Origin: an uncultured Elusimicrobia bacterium
Lineage (GTDB): Bacteria > Elusimicrobiota > Elusimicrobia > UBA1565 > UBA9628
NCBI GenBank assembly: GCA_964450975.1
Contig: CAYVFO010000006.1
Span: forward strand, 1-40,193
DNA: 40,193 bases
Direction of reading: 5' to 3'
The notes beneath the pieces were generated by a model. That model ran no database searches. It was not told the origin of the DNA and saw only the letters and a list, made by a program, of their open reading frames with translations. The translations under genes and the position numbers were made by a program. Below, piece after piece: positions 1 through 16,500 of the stretch (positions are counted from its first letter, which is position 1; every line of letters starts with the position of its first letter).

Positions 1-1168
1 CGGTCAGCAGGCCCGCGCGCGCGCCGAGGATGCCGAGCCAGCGCTCGACGTGCGAGTAGTCGCGCTTCATCTCCGGGGCGTAGCCCTCGACGCCGCGCAT
101 CGCGGCCGCGCCGTGACGGCGCCACGGAATCGAAGCGCCGCGCAGCTCGAGCGAGACGACGGCCTTGCCGTTCTCCATCCCCCACCAGCGCACGCCGAGG
201 TAGGCGTGCTTCTCGCTGTCGAAGTCCTTCCACGAGGGCTGATGCGCCGCGCCGCCGGCGGCGGCGAGGTCCTTCACGCGGCGCGAGCGGCCGGCGTGCC
301 AGGGCTTGAGCGAGCCGTGGAAGAGGTTTTCAGGGCTATCAATAGCCGCTTCAAGAAAAAGGACCTCGTTGAACGCGGTCACCGTCTCGAGCAGCGCGTC
401 GAGCTGCGCCGCGAGCGACTCGGGGGAGAGCTTCACGAAGACGTGGTACTGCGTGCCGGCGTGGCCGGTGTCGGAGATCACCTGGCGCGTGCGGCCGATC
501 GCCTCGCGGCCGGTCGCGGCGGGCTTGTCCTTGGCCGACACGATCTCGGGCTGGATGAAGCGCATCGGGCCCGAAAGCTTGCCGGTCGGCGGCTCCTCCA
601 TGTCGGGATGCTCGGCGACGAAATCGGGCGCGTTCTTCGACTTGCCGAGCAGCAGGAAGTTCTTCCCCTTCCAGGCCGCGGCCTCGCCCTTCTCCGCGAC
701 GACCGCCTGCTCGAGGCCGTCGAGATACGTGAGCTTGCCGCCGAGCGGAAGCGCGTTCCAGATCCTCTCCGGATCGGAGCGGGTGCGCAGGCCGAAGGCG
801 CTCTTCACCGCGTAGGAGATCTTGTCGAAGCCGGTCAGCGCGGCCTGCGTCTTCTGCAGCAGGTCGGGCCGGAGCTCGACGGGCTTGTAGTAGCGGAAGA
901 CGTTTCCGGATGAGTCCTTCGCGTCGGACGCGACGAGATTGCCCTCCTGCTCGTTCTGGTAGAAGACTCCGGGGCGCTCGACCGTGAGGGAGGGCGCGAG
1001 GGTCGGCGTGAGGGAAGCCGCGGAGAGCTGCGGACCGGCGAGGAGGGCGGTCGGCCCGGAAAACGCCCCGATCGAGGGAACGACCGGAGCCTCGACGCGG
1101 ATCTCGACCACCGCCGCGTGGAGCGGCAGGGTCAGGGCCCACAGCAGGACGGCGGCGAGCTTCCTCAT
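1..1168 (-). CDS. Exported protein (signal peptide + Ala/Pro/Ser-rich leader), possibly amidoligase / COOH-NH2 ligase-like; 3' end runs off the window
   Basis: Not in the ORF track; read by hand. ATG at 1168, open to the window edge (389 codons). Starts MRKLAAVLLWALTLPLHAAVVEIRVEAP...; later motifs QPEIVS, GTQYHVFV, EKHAYLG, SLELRG. The ORF is solid, the family call is weak. Confidence 0.8.
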   Translation of the reverse strand, partial: MRKLAAVLLWALTLPLHAAVVEIRVEAPVVPSIGAFSGPTALLAGPQLSAASLTPTLAPSLTVERPGVFYQNEQEGNLVASDAKDSSGNVFRYYKPVELRPDLLQKTQAALTGFDKISYAVKSAFGLRTRSDPERIWNALPLGGKLTYLDGLEQAVVAEKGEAAAWKGKNFLLLGKSKNAPDFVAEHPDMEEPPTGKLSGPMRFIQPEIVSAKDKPAATGREAIGRTRQVISDTGHAGTQYHVFVKLSPESLAAQLDALLETVTAFNEVLFLEAAIDSPENLFHGSLKPWHAGRSRRVKDLAAAGGAAHQPSWKDFDSEKHAYLGVRWWGMENGKAVVSLELRGASIPWRRHGAAAMRGVEGYAPEMKRDYSHVERWLGILGARAGLLT

Positions 1169-1175
1169 CAAAGCA

Positions 1176-1219
1176 AGGATAGCCGCCGGGCCGCGGGCGC
1201 GCCTGGGCCGGGAGACCTA
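1176..1219 (-). promoter_or_regulatory. Palindromic operator TAGGTC-TCCC-GGCCC (1205-1219) plus -10 TATCCT (1176-1181)
   Basis: 23 nt between motif and -10; -10 lies 7 nt before ATG 1168; same layout at 9376-9419 and 14792-14836. Confidence 0.6.
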
Positions 1220-1232
1220 GGCGCGGAGGGGC

Positions 1233-9323
<8,091 letters not shown>

Positions 9324-9375
9324 GCTGGTTCTCTCCCTATGAGTACCACGACGACGTGCCTCAGGCGACGCCGTG

Positions 9376-9419
9376 ATTCTAGAAACTGTTGACCTGGATC
9401 AATAGGGACGAGGGGCCCA
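9376..9419 (-). promoter_or_regulatory. Palindromic operator TGGGCC-CCTC-GTCCC (9405-9419) plus -10 TAGAAT (9376-9381) for the giant gene
   Basis: 23-nt gap between motif and -10, identical to the gap at 1176-1219. Confidence 0.6.
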
Positions 9420-9481
9420 TAAAAGGAAAAGCATGGGGCCCACGCGCAGGCGGGACTATTGGCGAGTAACTTCGCTCGCCG

Positions 9482-9562
9482 CTAGCGGTGAGGAGGGATG
9501 CGGAACGAGCGGCCGGACAGGGCTACGGCGACGAGGCGGACGACGCGCGAGATGAGCTCCAT
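9482..9562 (-). CDS. Candidate 26-aa small peptide MELISRVVRLVAVALSGRSFRIPPHR
   Basis: ATG 8 nt after the MerR-gene stop, preceded by SD-like AGAGGA; no homology evidence. Confidence 0.3.
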   Translation of the reverse strand: MELISRVVRLVAVALSGRSFRIPPHR

Positions 9563-9570
9563 GATGTCCT

Positions 9571-9840
9571 CTAGGCGTGGCCGGTCCGCAGCCGCAGGAT
9601 GACGCGGATGCCGGCGAGATTGACCTTCTGCTCCATGAGGCCGCGCACGTCGCGCAACCGGTCGAGATCGACGTCGTTGTACAAGCGCTGGCGCCCCCGC
9701 GTCCGCGAGGGACGCAGGAGGCCGTGGCGCTCGATCCAGCGCAAAGTCCAGATCGGGATTCCCGTCAGCCGCGAGGCGGCGCCGATCGTGTAGACCGGCG
9801 TCGAGTCCGTTCGGCGGACCGGCCGGTATAGCCTTCCCAT
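9571..9840 (-). CDS. MerR-family transcriptional regulator, HspR-like (89 aa)
   Basis: PVYTIGAASRLTG...TLRWIERHGLLRPSRT.GRQRLY MerR HTH and the VNLAGI motif typical of HspR; GGAGG SD before ATG 9840, preferred over the 9954 start in the track. Confidence 0.85.
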   Translation of the reverse strand: MGRLYRPVRRTDSTPVYTIGAASRLTGIPIWTLRWIERHGLLRPSRTRGRQRLYNDVDLDRLRDVRGLMEQKVNLAGIRVILRLRTGHA

Positions 9841-9972
9841 CTCTCCCCCTCCGCGCGAATCTTGACGTACGGCGTCCAGGTCGCGGTTCTCTTCACGAAC
9901 ATCCAGGGCATCAGGTCCTTGGCGATCATCGGCGAGATCCTCCCGGCCCGTCAACCTCGTAGCAGCTGCGAA

Positions 9973-10001
9973 TATATAACAGCTTTCCTAATATATGTCA
10001 A
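9973..10001 (-). promoter_or_regulatory. sigma70-type promoter for the HspR-like gene
   Basis: TTGACA (10001-9996), 17-nt spacer, TATATA (9978-9973) in an AT-rich intergenic patch. Confidence 0.7.
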
Positions 10002-10065
10002 GAGCTTATCTAACAGAAAATATCATGGGGTTTTCCCTCTCCCGATTGTGTGTTAGAATTTCGGC

Positions 10066-11424
10066 GTGAAGACGCTGCAGATCTATCTCGCCGATCTCAA
10101 GGAGCTGCTCAAGGCCCGCGACTTCGTGTCGGCGCGCACGATCCTCAAGGAGATCGGGCCGATCGATCTCGCCGACGGCTGGGACTACTTCGACGCCGAC
10201 GAGCGCGTCGCGATCTTCCGCCTGAGCACGCGCCAGAAGGCGATCCAGCTCTTCGAGGAGCTCGACGCTCCCCAGCAGGCCGAGCTCATCAACGGGCTGC
10301 AGCGCAAGGACGCGCAGGAGCTGCTCGACGACCTCGATCCCTCGTCGACGAGCCGCATGCTCCGCGACCTGCCCGCGCCGCTCGTCCGCCACTTCAACGC
10401 GATCATGAAGAAGGGCGGTCAGGAGTGCGTCAAGCAGTTCCTCCAGTACCCGCCGAAGTCCGTCGGCGCGCTGATGCGCGGCCGCTGGGTCACGCTCGAG
10501 GAGAAGTGGACGACGAAGGCCGCGCTCGACCGCGTGCAGTACAGCACGCGCCTGCGCCGCATCGAGGAGACGCACCTCGACACCTTGATGGTCGTCGACG
10601 CGAAGAACCGGCTGCGCGGGACCGTCGGTCTCAAGTCCCTCGTCGTCGCGCCGAACGACATGCACGTGCGCGACCTCATGGATCCCGCGCCGCGCACGCT
10701 CTCAGCCGAGGCGGACCAGGAAGAGGCGGTCAAGCTCTTCACGAAGTACAAGCTCAAGAGCGCCCCGGTCGTCGACAGCGAGGGCTCGCTGCTCGGCGTC
10801 GTCGTCTACAAGGACATCTTCGCGATCGCGAGCGAGGAGACGGAAGAGGACTTCGCGAAGATGGCCGGCTTCGCGCGCGGCCCCGCGCGCACGGTCCTCG
10901 GCAGCGCCGGCGCGCGCATCCCGTGGCTCGTGATCACGTGCTTCGGCGGCGTGCTCGTCTCGCACGTGATCAAGAACTTCGAGTCCACGCTCTCCCAGAT
11001 CATCGCGCTCGCGAGCTTCTCCCCCCTGATCGCGGGCATGGGCGGCAACGTCGGCGCGCAGACCGCGACGATCATGGTCCGCGGCCTCGCGACCGGAGAG
11101 ATCGCCCCCGAGGACGAGAAGAAGGCGATCCTGCGCGAGATCTCGATCGGACTGCTGCTCGGTCTCGCGTACGGCGTCGTCGTCGGCTCGATCGCGGGCC
11201 TCGTCTACCACGACCGCTACGGCTGGTGGTTCTCGGTCGTCGTCGGCCTCTCGATGGCGTTCTCGATGCTCGTCGCGTCGATCATGGCGTCGCTCGAGCC
11301 GTTCGTGCTGCGCAAGCTCGGCGTGGACCCGGCGACCGCGACGGGTCCGATGATCACGACGACCACGGACCTGCTCAGCAACGCGTTCTACTTCACGCTC
11401 GCGAGCTGGCTGCTTCTGCGCTAG
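10066..11424 (+). CDS. mgtE: Magnesium transporter MgtE
   Basis: MgtE N-domain, CBS pair, membrane domain with GMGGNVGAQ and DPATATGPMITTTTD; TGtTAGAAT -10 lies 6 nt before the GTG. Confidence 0.93.
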   Translation: MKTLQIYLADLKELLKARDFVSARTILKEIGPIDLADGWDYFDADERVAIFRLSTRQKAIQLFEELDAPQQAELINGLQRKDAQELLDDLDPSSTSRMLRDLPAPLVRHFNAIMKKGGQECVKQFLQYPPKSVGALMRGRWVTLEEKWTTKAALDRVQYSTRLRRIEETHLDTLMVVDAKNRLRGTVGLKSLVVAPNDMHVRDLMDPAPRTLSAEADQEEAVKLFTKYKLKSAPVVDSEGSLLGVVVYKDIFAIASEETEEDFAKMAGFARGPARTVLGSAGARIPWLVITCFGGVLVSHVIKNFESTLSQIIALASFSPLIAGMGGNVGAQTATIMVRGLATGEIAPEDEKKAILREISIGLLLGLAYGVVVGSIAGLVYHDRYGWWFSVVVGLSMAFSMLVASIMASLEPFVLRKLGVDPATATGPMITTTTDLLSNAFYFTLASWLLLR

Positions 11425-12056
11425 CCGCCGCGCGACTGCAGGACGCCCTGGAACTCCGCGTCGGGCTCGGCGCGCAGGTCGTACCCCAGCTCGAGCTTCA
11501 GCGTCTCGGCGTGCAGCATCAGGCGTTTGGCGCCCCCGATCGGCCGCGGGGGCGGGCCGTAGCGCGGGTCGCCGAGCACGGGGTGGCCCTCGGAGCTCAG
11601 GTGCGCGCGGATTTGGTGCTTGCGGCCCGTCGCCGTCCAGACGCGCAGCAAAGTCGCGCCGCGCAGAGCGCGCTCGACGCGCCAGAACGTCTTCGCCGGC
11701 TTGCCGTCGGGCGCCGGCGCGACGCGTCCCGAGCTGAACTCGCGCAGAGGCTTGTCGATCTCGCCGCTGCCGGTCATCGAGCCGAGCACCGCGACGAGAT
11801 ACTCCTTCTTGGCGCGGCGCTGCTCGAACTCCATCGAGAGCAGGCGGTGCGTCTCCGCGTCCTTGGCGAAGACGAGGATGCCGCTCGCGTCGAGGTCGAG
11901 GCGGTGCACGACCCAGATTTTCTTGCGCAGGCGGCGCTCGATCTCCATGTTGACGGCGACCGCGATCTCGCCGCGGCCAGGGATGGTCGGACGGCCGCAC
12001 GGCTTGTGGACGGCGATGATCTTGTCGTCCTCGAAGACGACCGCGGCTTCGATCAT
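11421..12056 (-). CDS. RluA-family RNA pseudouridine synthase (211 aa)
   Basis: HKP.G, VHRLDLDASG (catalytic Asp), TGRKHQIRAH, GDPRYG, LHA; ATG 12056 overlaps the upstream stop (ATGA). Confidence 0.92.
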   Translation of the reverse strand: MIEAAVVFEDDKIIAVHKPCGRPTIPGRGEIAVAVNMEIERRLRKKIWVVHRLDLDASGILVFAKDAETHRLLSMEFEQRRAKKEYLVAVLGSMTGSGEIDKPLREFSSGRVAPAPDGKPAKTFWRVERALRGATLLRVWTATGRKHQIRAHLSSEGHPVLGDPRYGPPPRPIGGAKRLMLHAETLKLELGYDLRAEPDAEFQGVLQSRGG

Positions 12057-14782
12057 GGCGCTTCTGAGCGGCTCAATCCGAAGGCCGGGCGGTAGCGCGA
12101 GCCCGCGAGCCAGACGAGGCGCGGACCGTCCGCGTACCGGACGGCGCGGACCGTCGCGCCCCAGAAGATCGTCCCTTTCGCGGCGACGGGGGCGTCGCCG
12201 CGCGAGGCGTCGGCGAAAGTCTCGACGGCGGGCGCGGGCGCCTCCGGCAGGGCGGCGACGGCGCCGCCGAGGACGCGCCGCAGGAACGCCGCGCGCCGCG
12301 CGACGGAAGGGCCGTCGGCGAAGAGCAGCGCCGCGTTCACCGAGAGGACGCCGGCGTCGAGGCGCGCGGGGACCGGGTCGAAGTGGACGCCGAGGCGCAG
12401 GCCCTTCGCGGCGGCGAGCCCCGCGGCGAGGTCGAGCAGGCCCGCGTCGAGCGGCTTCTCGGCGCTCGGCGTCGACGCGAGCGCCCGGGCGTGCGCGTTG
12501 CCGGCGCGGATCGCGGGAATCATGAGCGTGACGCCGCCGCGCGCCCAGCCGAGGAAGCCGCGCAGGGACCGGACGAACGCGACGACGGCGGAGGGCGGCT
12601 TGCCGAGGCCGGTCGTCATCTTCTCGCCCAAGGCGAGAACTGACTTGTAGATGTTTCCGTTCGCGTTCGCGCCGGCGAGGACGTTCACCGGGTCCGCGGA
12701 CTCGAGCGTCGCCTGCGGGGCCTTCGCGCCCGGCGGCAGGATGTCGGCGACGATCATGCCGTTGAAGTTCACGAGAGACGCGTACTTGCCGTTGGCCCAC
12801 GAGCCGGTCAGCAGGCGGTCCGACAGCGCGATGCTGCCGTCGTGCGTCATGTGGATCATCGTGTTGTTGGCGAACGCGACGTCGCCGGGCGTCTCCTCGA
12901 ACGCCGTCTGCTGCGCGTGATCGTTGAGGTTGAGCCAGACGGGCTTCATCCAGGAGCGCAGCCGCGGGAGCGCCTGGAGGCGGTCCGCGCCGCCGGACTC
13001 GGGGAACAGCTCCGCGGCGAGGGCCTCGTAGCCCTCGGGCACGCCGCCGCCGTAGTGGCCGTGCGCTCCGAGCACCGCGTCGCGCGAGAACACGCCCTGA
13101 GTCACGGCCCAGAGGCTGCGCGCGTTGATGTCGTAGGACTCGATGACCACCTTCCAGTCCGCGGGATTCTCCTTCGCCTGGCGCAGAGCCGCCTCGACGA
13201 GGATGGCGAGCGAGTACGGCTCCTGGCCCGAGCCCATGCCGAGGCTCTTGAGCACGAGCGTCCGCTCGCCGGCCTTCGCCTTCGCCGCGATCATCCTGTC
13301 GAGCGAGCGGCGCGTCGCGCCCGCCCAGAACTTGCGGTCGCGGAAGAAGCCGCTGAACATCTCGCCGGAGTGCATCGGCAGCAGGTCGAGGCGCTTGCCG
13401 AGCTCCCGGCGCTCGGCCGCGCCGTCCTCGGAGAGGGCCCAGCCGGCGTACGCCTCGGGCGTCGCGAAGCCGAGCTCGGAGGCGCGCGCGCGCAGCGACG
13501 GCGCGATCGCGTCCTCGAGAACGGCGGAGAGCTCGGCGGCGTCCTTCGGCGGCTCGGGGAGATCGGTCACGGCGGCGGCCACGGCGGCCGCGAGCTTCGG
13601 CTCGGAGATCAGCGCCTTGGAGAGATCGGCGAGCGGGCGGGCGTCGCCGCGGACGGGCGCGCGCTCGAGCCACTCCTGCGTCACCCGGCGCCACGGCAGG
13701 AGCTCCGCCGAGACGCCGCTGCGCGCGAGAAGCCACGGATAGAACGAAGGGAATGTGATCCGCATCACGAAGCGCCCCGCTCGCGTCGACTCGAGCTTCC
13801 GGGAGATCCCCGCGGGGACGTTCGAGCGCCACTCGACCACGCCGGACTTCGTCACGACCGCGAAGCGGGCGTTCTTGCCGGCGGAAGTCTCCAGATCCAT
13901 GGGCGACGGATATTCGGAGTGGACGGAGTAGGCGCCGAGCCTGGTCTCGGGATGATTGTGGATCGCGATGTCGTAGTCGCCCCACTCGCCCGAGACCTCG
14001 TGACGGCCGCCGCGCGCGGCGAGCCAAGCTCCGTCGGAGCGGCGGCGGTACAGGAACACCTCGTACGGGAGCTCGGCGAGAGCCTCGAGGCTCTTGGGGG
14101 ACGGGACGAAGCTCAGCTCGAGCGGCGCTCCGGACGGAGAAGCCCCCAGCTCCGCCAACGCCGCCTTCATCCGCGAGCCGTCGGCGTCCGTCCTGCCGGA
14201 GGACGGCGCGGACTTCTTGGCGGCGACGAGCTTCTTGAAGGGCTTGAGCGGAGAGAACCACCGCTTGCCGTCGCCGGAGGTCTCGGCCGACGGAGCGGAG
14301 AGGACGCCGTCCGCGAGCGCGGCGGGCGCGTCGAGCTGCGCGCGGGAGTTGAAGTCTTTCTCGGCCGCGACGGAGGACTCGCCGGTCCCCATCTTGGACG
14401 TGTCGAGCGAGGGCGCGGCGAGCGTCTCGATGAGAGCCTTCGGCGCGGCGGCCTTGCCGGGCTTCACCGGCACGGCGGCCTTGACGGAAGCCGCGCCTTT
14501 CACCGGAACGATCGCCTTGCTCGCCGCCGGTTTGAGCGGAACGAGCGCGGAGGGCACGGCGGCGATCAAGGACGGAGAGGCCGTCGGCGTCAGAGAAGGA
14601 GCGGACAACGACAGGCCCGGCACCAAGGCGGAGTTCGAGAGCTGGAGCGGGACGACGTTGACTCCGGCCTGGATTCCCGGCACCGGAGCGGGAGCGGCGA
14701 GCTCGACCTCGACGCGCACGGTGGCGGCCGCCGCCGGGATGGCGGCGCAGACGAGGAGGACGGCGCCGAGGGGAAACGCCAT
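12053..14782 (-). CDS. Exported 909-aa protein with a JAB/MPN-like metallo-motif and a CheR-like SAM methyltransferase domain
   Basis: Signal peptide MAFPLGAVLLVCAAIPAAAA; YE...HNHP...PSPMD (JAMM-like); FFRD, SLGMGSGQEPYSLAI, SYDIN, LNLN, DVAFANNTMIH align with CheR motifs. Confidence 0.8.
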   Translation of the reverse strand: MAFPLGAVLLVCAAIPAAAATVRVEVELAAPAPVPGIQAGVNVVPLQLSNSALVPGLSLSAPSLTPTASPSLIAAVPSALVPLKPAASKAIVPVKGAASVKAAVPVKPGKAAAPKALIETLAAPSLDTSKMGTGESSVAAEKDFNSRAQLDAPAALADGVLSAPSAETSGDGKRWFSPLKPFKKLVAAKKSAPSSGRTDADGSRMKAALAELGASPSGAPLELSFVPSPKSLEALAELPYEVFLYRRRSDGAWLAARGGRHEVSGEWGDYDIAIHNHPETRLGAYSVHSEYPSPMDLETSAGKNARFAVVTKSGVVEWRSNVPAGISRKLESTRAGRFVMRITFPSFYPWLLARSGVSAELLPWRRVTQEWLERAPVRGDARPLADLSKALISEPKLAAAVAAAVTDLPEPPKDAAELSAVLEDAIAPSLRARASELGFATPEAYAGWALSEDGAAERRELGKRLDLLPMHSGEMFSGFFRDRKFWAGATRRSLDRMIAAKAKAGERTLVLKSLGMGSGQEPYSLAILVEAALRQAKENPADWKVVIESYDINARSLWAVTQGVFSRDAVLGAHGHYGGGVPEGYEALAAELFPESGGADRLQALPRLRSWMKPVWLNLNDHAQQTAFEETPGDVAFANNTMIHMTHDGSIALSDRLLTGSWANGKYASLVNFNGMIVADILPPGAKAPQATLESADPVNVLAGANANGNIYKSVLALGEKMTTGLGKPPSAVVAFVRSLRGFLGWARGGVTLMIPAIRAGNAHARALASTPSAEKPLDAGLLDLAAGLAAAKGLRLGVHFDPVPARLDAGVLSVNAALLFADGPSVARRAAFLRRVLGGAVAALPEAPAPAVETFADASRGDAPVAAKGTIFWGATVRAVRYADGPRLVWLAGSRYRPAFGLSRSEAP

Positions 14783-14791
14783 GATTTCCTG

Positions 14792-14840
14792 AGTTTAACA
14801 GCCCTCCTTCCAACGCGCCAGGGGTCGAAAGACCTATAAT
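14792..14840. promoter_or_regulatory. Divergent control region: minus-strand extended -10 TGtTAAACT, palindrome TAGGTC-TTTC-GACCC (14822-14836), plus-strand -10 TATAAT (14835-14840)
   Basis: Palindrome lies 24 nt from the minus-strand -10 and overlaps the consensus TATAAT that sits 7 nt before GTG 14848. Confidence 0.65.
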
Positions 14841-14847
14841 AGGGAAG

Positions 14848-15213
14848 GTGACGAAGGCCTTAATCCTCGTGGTCGAAGACGAGCGCCCCGTGTACGAGAT
14901 CCTCGCGCGCGCGCTCGAGGCGAAAGGCCATAACGCCCGCCACGCCGAGAGCGCCGAAGCCGCCGAGGCCGCGCTCGCGAGCGGCTCCTTCGACCTCGTG
15001 CTGCTCGACCACGTGCTTCCGGGCGCGACCGGGATGCAGTCGCTCTCGCGCCTGCGCGCGCTCACCAAGGCGCCCATCCACATGATGAGCGGCTACACCG
15101 GCGACGACACCCGCGAGGACGCCCTGCTGCTGGGCGCGGCGGGCTTCATCCCGAAGCCGCTCGATCTCGCGCAGGTTTTCGCCGTCGTGGACGCCCTCCC
15201 GGAGAAGAAATGA
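14848..15213 (+). CDS. Single-domain response regulator (receiver)
   Basis: LVVEDE, DLVLLD, MSG, FIPKP receiver motifs. Confidence 0.9.
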   Translation: MTKALILVVEDERPVYEILARALEAKGHNARHAESAEAAEAALASGSFDLVLLDHVLPGATGMQSLSRLRALTKAPIHMMSGYTGDDTREDALLLGAAGFIPKPLDLAQVFAVVDALPEKK

Positions 15214-16496
15214 AGCTCCCCCCTCCCGCCGAGCTCAAGCGCGAGGCGCTCGCCGGCCTGACGACCTTCTTCACGATGGCCTACATCGTCGTCGTCAACC
15301 CCGCGATCCTCTGCGCGCCGGGCACGAACATGCCTTTCTCCGGCGTCATGACGGCGACCGTGCTGCTGTCGGCTCTCGGCACCCTGATGATGGGCGCCTA
15401 CGCGCGCCTGCCGTTCGCGGTCGCTCCCGGGATGGGCCTCAACGCGTTCTTCGCCTACTCGATCGTGCTCGGCCGCGGCGTGCCGTGGCCCGTCGCGCTC
15501 GGCGTCGTGTTCTGGGCCGGCGTCCTCTTCCTCGCGATCTCCGTCACGCCCGTGCGCGAGCGCATCGCCGAGGCGATCCCCGACGGCGTGCGCCTCGGCG
15601 CGGCGGCGGGCATCGGCCTGTTCCTCGCGTTCATCGGGCTGCGCAACGCCGGACTCGTCGTGGACGATCCTGCGACGCTCGTGCGCCTCGGCGTCATCGA
15701 CCGCAAGGCGCTGCTCGCGCTCGGCGGCGGCTGCGTGATCGTCGCCATGATGCGCCGCAGATCGGCGTTCGCGTTCCTCGGCGGCATCCTCGCGGTCACT
15801 GTGTGCGCCTGGGGGCTCGGGCTGATCGCGGCGCCCGCGAGCTTCGTCTCGTCCCCCGACTTCACGAGCGTGCTCTTCAAGCTCGACGCCGCCGGCGCGC
15901 TGTCCGCCGCGCTGCTGCCCGCGATCGTCTCGATCCTCTTCACCGACCTCTTCGACTCGATCTCGACGTTCGTCGGCGTCGCCAACGCGACCGGACTCGT
16001 CGACGAGAAGGGCCGGCCGAAGAACCTGCGCGAGGGGCTGATCGTGGACTCGTGGGCGACGCTCGGCGCGGGCCTGCTCGGCACCTCGTCCGGAACGGCC
16101 TACATCGAGAGCGCGGCCGGCATCGAGATGGGCGGCCGCACCGGCTGGACCGCGTTCTTCTGCGCGCTCGCGTTCGTGCCGTGCCTGTTCCTCTCCCCTC
16201 TCGCCGGCATGGTTCCGCCTTACGCGACCGCGCCGGTGCTCGTGATCGTCGGCGCGCTCATGTTCCGCTCGGTCGTCCGCATCCCGCTCGAGAGCGTCGA
16301 AGACGCCGTGCCCGCGTTCCTGACGATCGCGCTGATTCCCCTGACGTTCTCGATCACGCAGGGCATCCTCTGGGGCTTCGTCTCGCACTCGGCGCTGTAC
16401 GCGCTGTGCGGGCGCCGCAAGGACCTCTCCGGCGCGACCGTCGCGGTCTCCGCGCTGTGCGCGGGCCTGCTCCTGCTCGAGCACTCGCGCCTCTAG
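15210..16496 (+). CDS. NCS2 / AzgA-type purine (guanine/hypoxanthine/adenine) permease
   Basis: AGLTTFFTMAYI.VNPAIL, APGMGLNAFF, YIESAAGI..GGRTG. Confidence 0.92.
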   Translation: MKLPPPAELKREALAGLTTFFTMAYIVVVNPAILCAPGTNMPFSGVMTATVLLSALGTLMMGAYARLPFAVAPGMGLNAFFAYSIVLGRGVPWPVALGVVFWAGVLFLAISVTPVRERIAEAIPDGVRLGAAAGIGLFLAFIGLRNAGLVVDDPATLVRLGVIDRKALLALGGGCVIVAMMRRRSAFAFLGGILAVTVCAWGLGLIAAPASFVSSPDFTSVLFKLDAAGALSAALLPAIVSILFTDLFDSISTFVGVANATGLVDEKGRPKNLREGLIVDSWATLGAGLLGTSSGTAYIESAAGIEMGGRTGWTAFFCALAFVPCLFLSPLAGMVPPYATAPVLVIVGALMFRSVVRIPLESVEDAVPAFLTIALIPLTFSITQGILWGFVSHSALYALCGRRKDLSGATVAVSALCAGLLLLEHSRL

Positions 16497-16500
16497 CGCG

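Noticed and set aside
9324-10065. HAIR, CIRCE or GlnR boxes, or an Mg2+ riboswitch ahead of mgtE
   Set aside because: No CTTGAGT-N7-ACTCAAG or TTAGCACTC-N9-GAGTGCTAA; the TGTNA/TNACA dyad has N10 rather than N7 spacing; mgtE appears leaderless, leaving no room for a riboswitch.
11421-15083. 1220-aa ORF suggesting a giant RluA fusion
   Set aside because: Only the last 211 aa are RluA-like; the rest is an Arg-rich alternative frame over the 909-aa gene, and ATG 12056 has a typical ATGA coupling.
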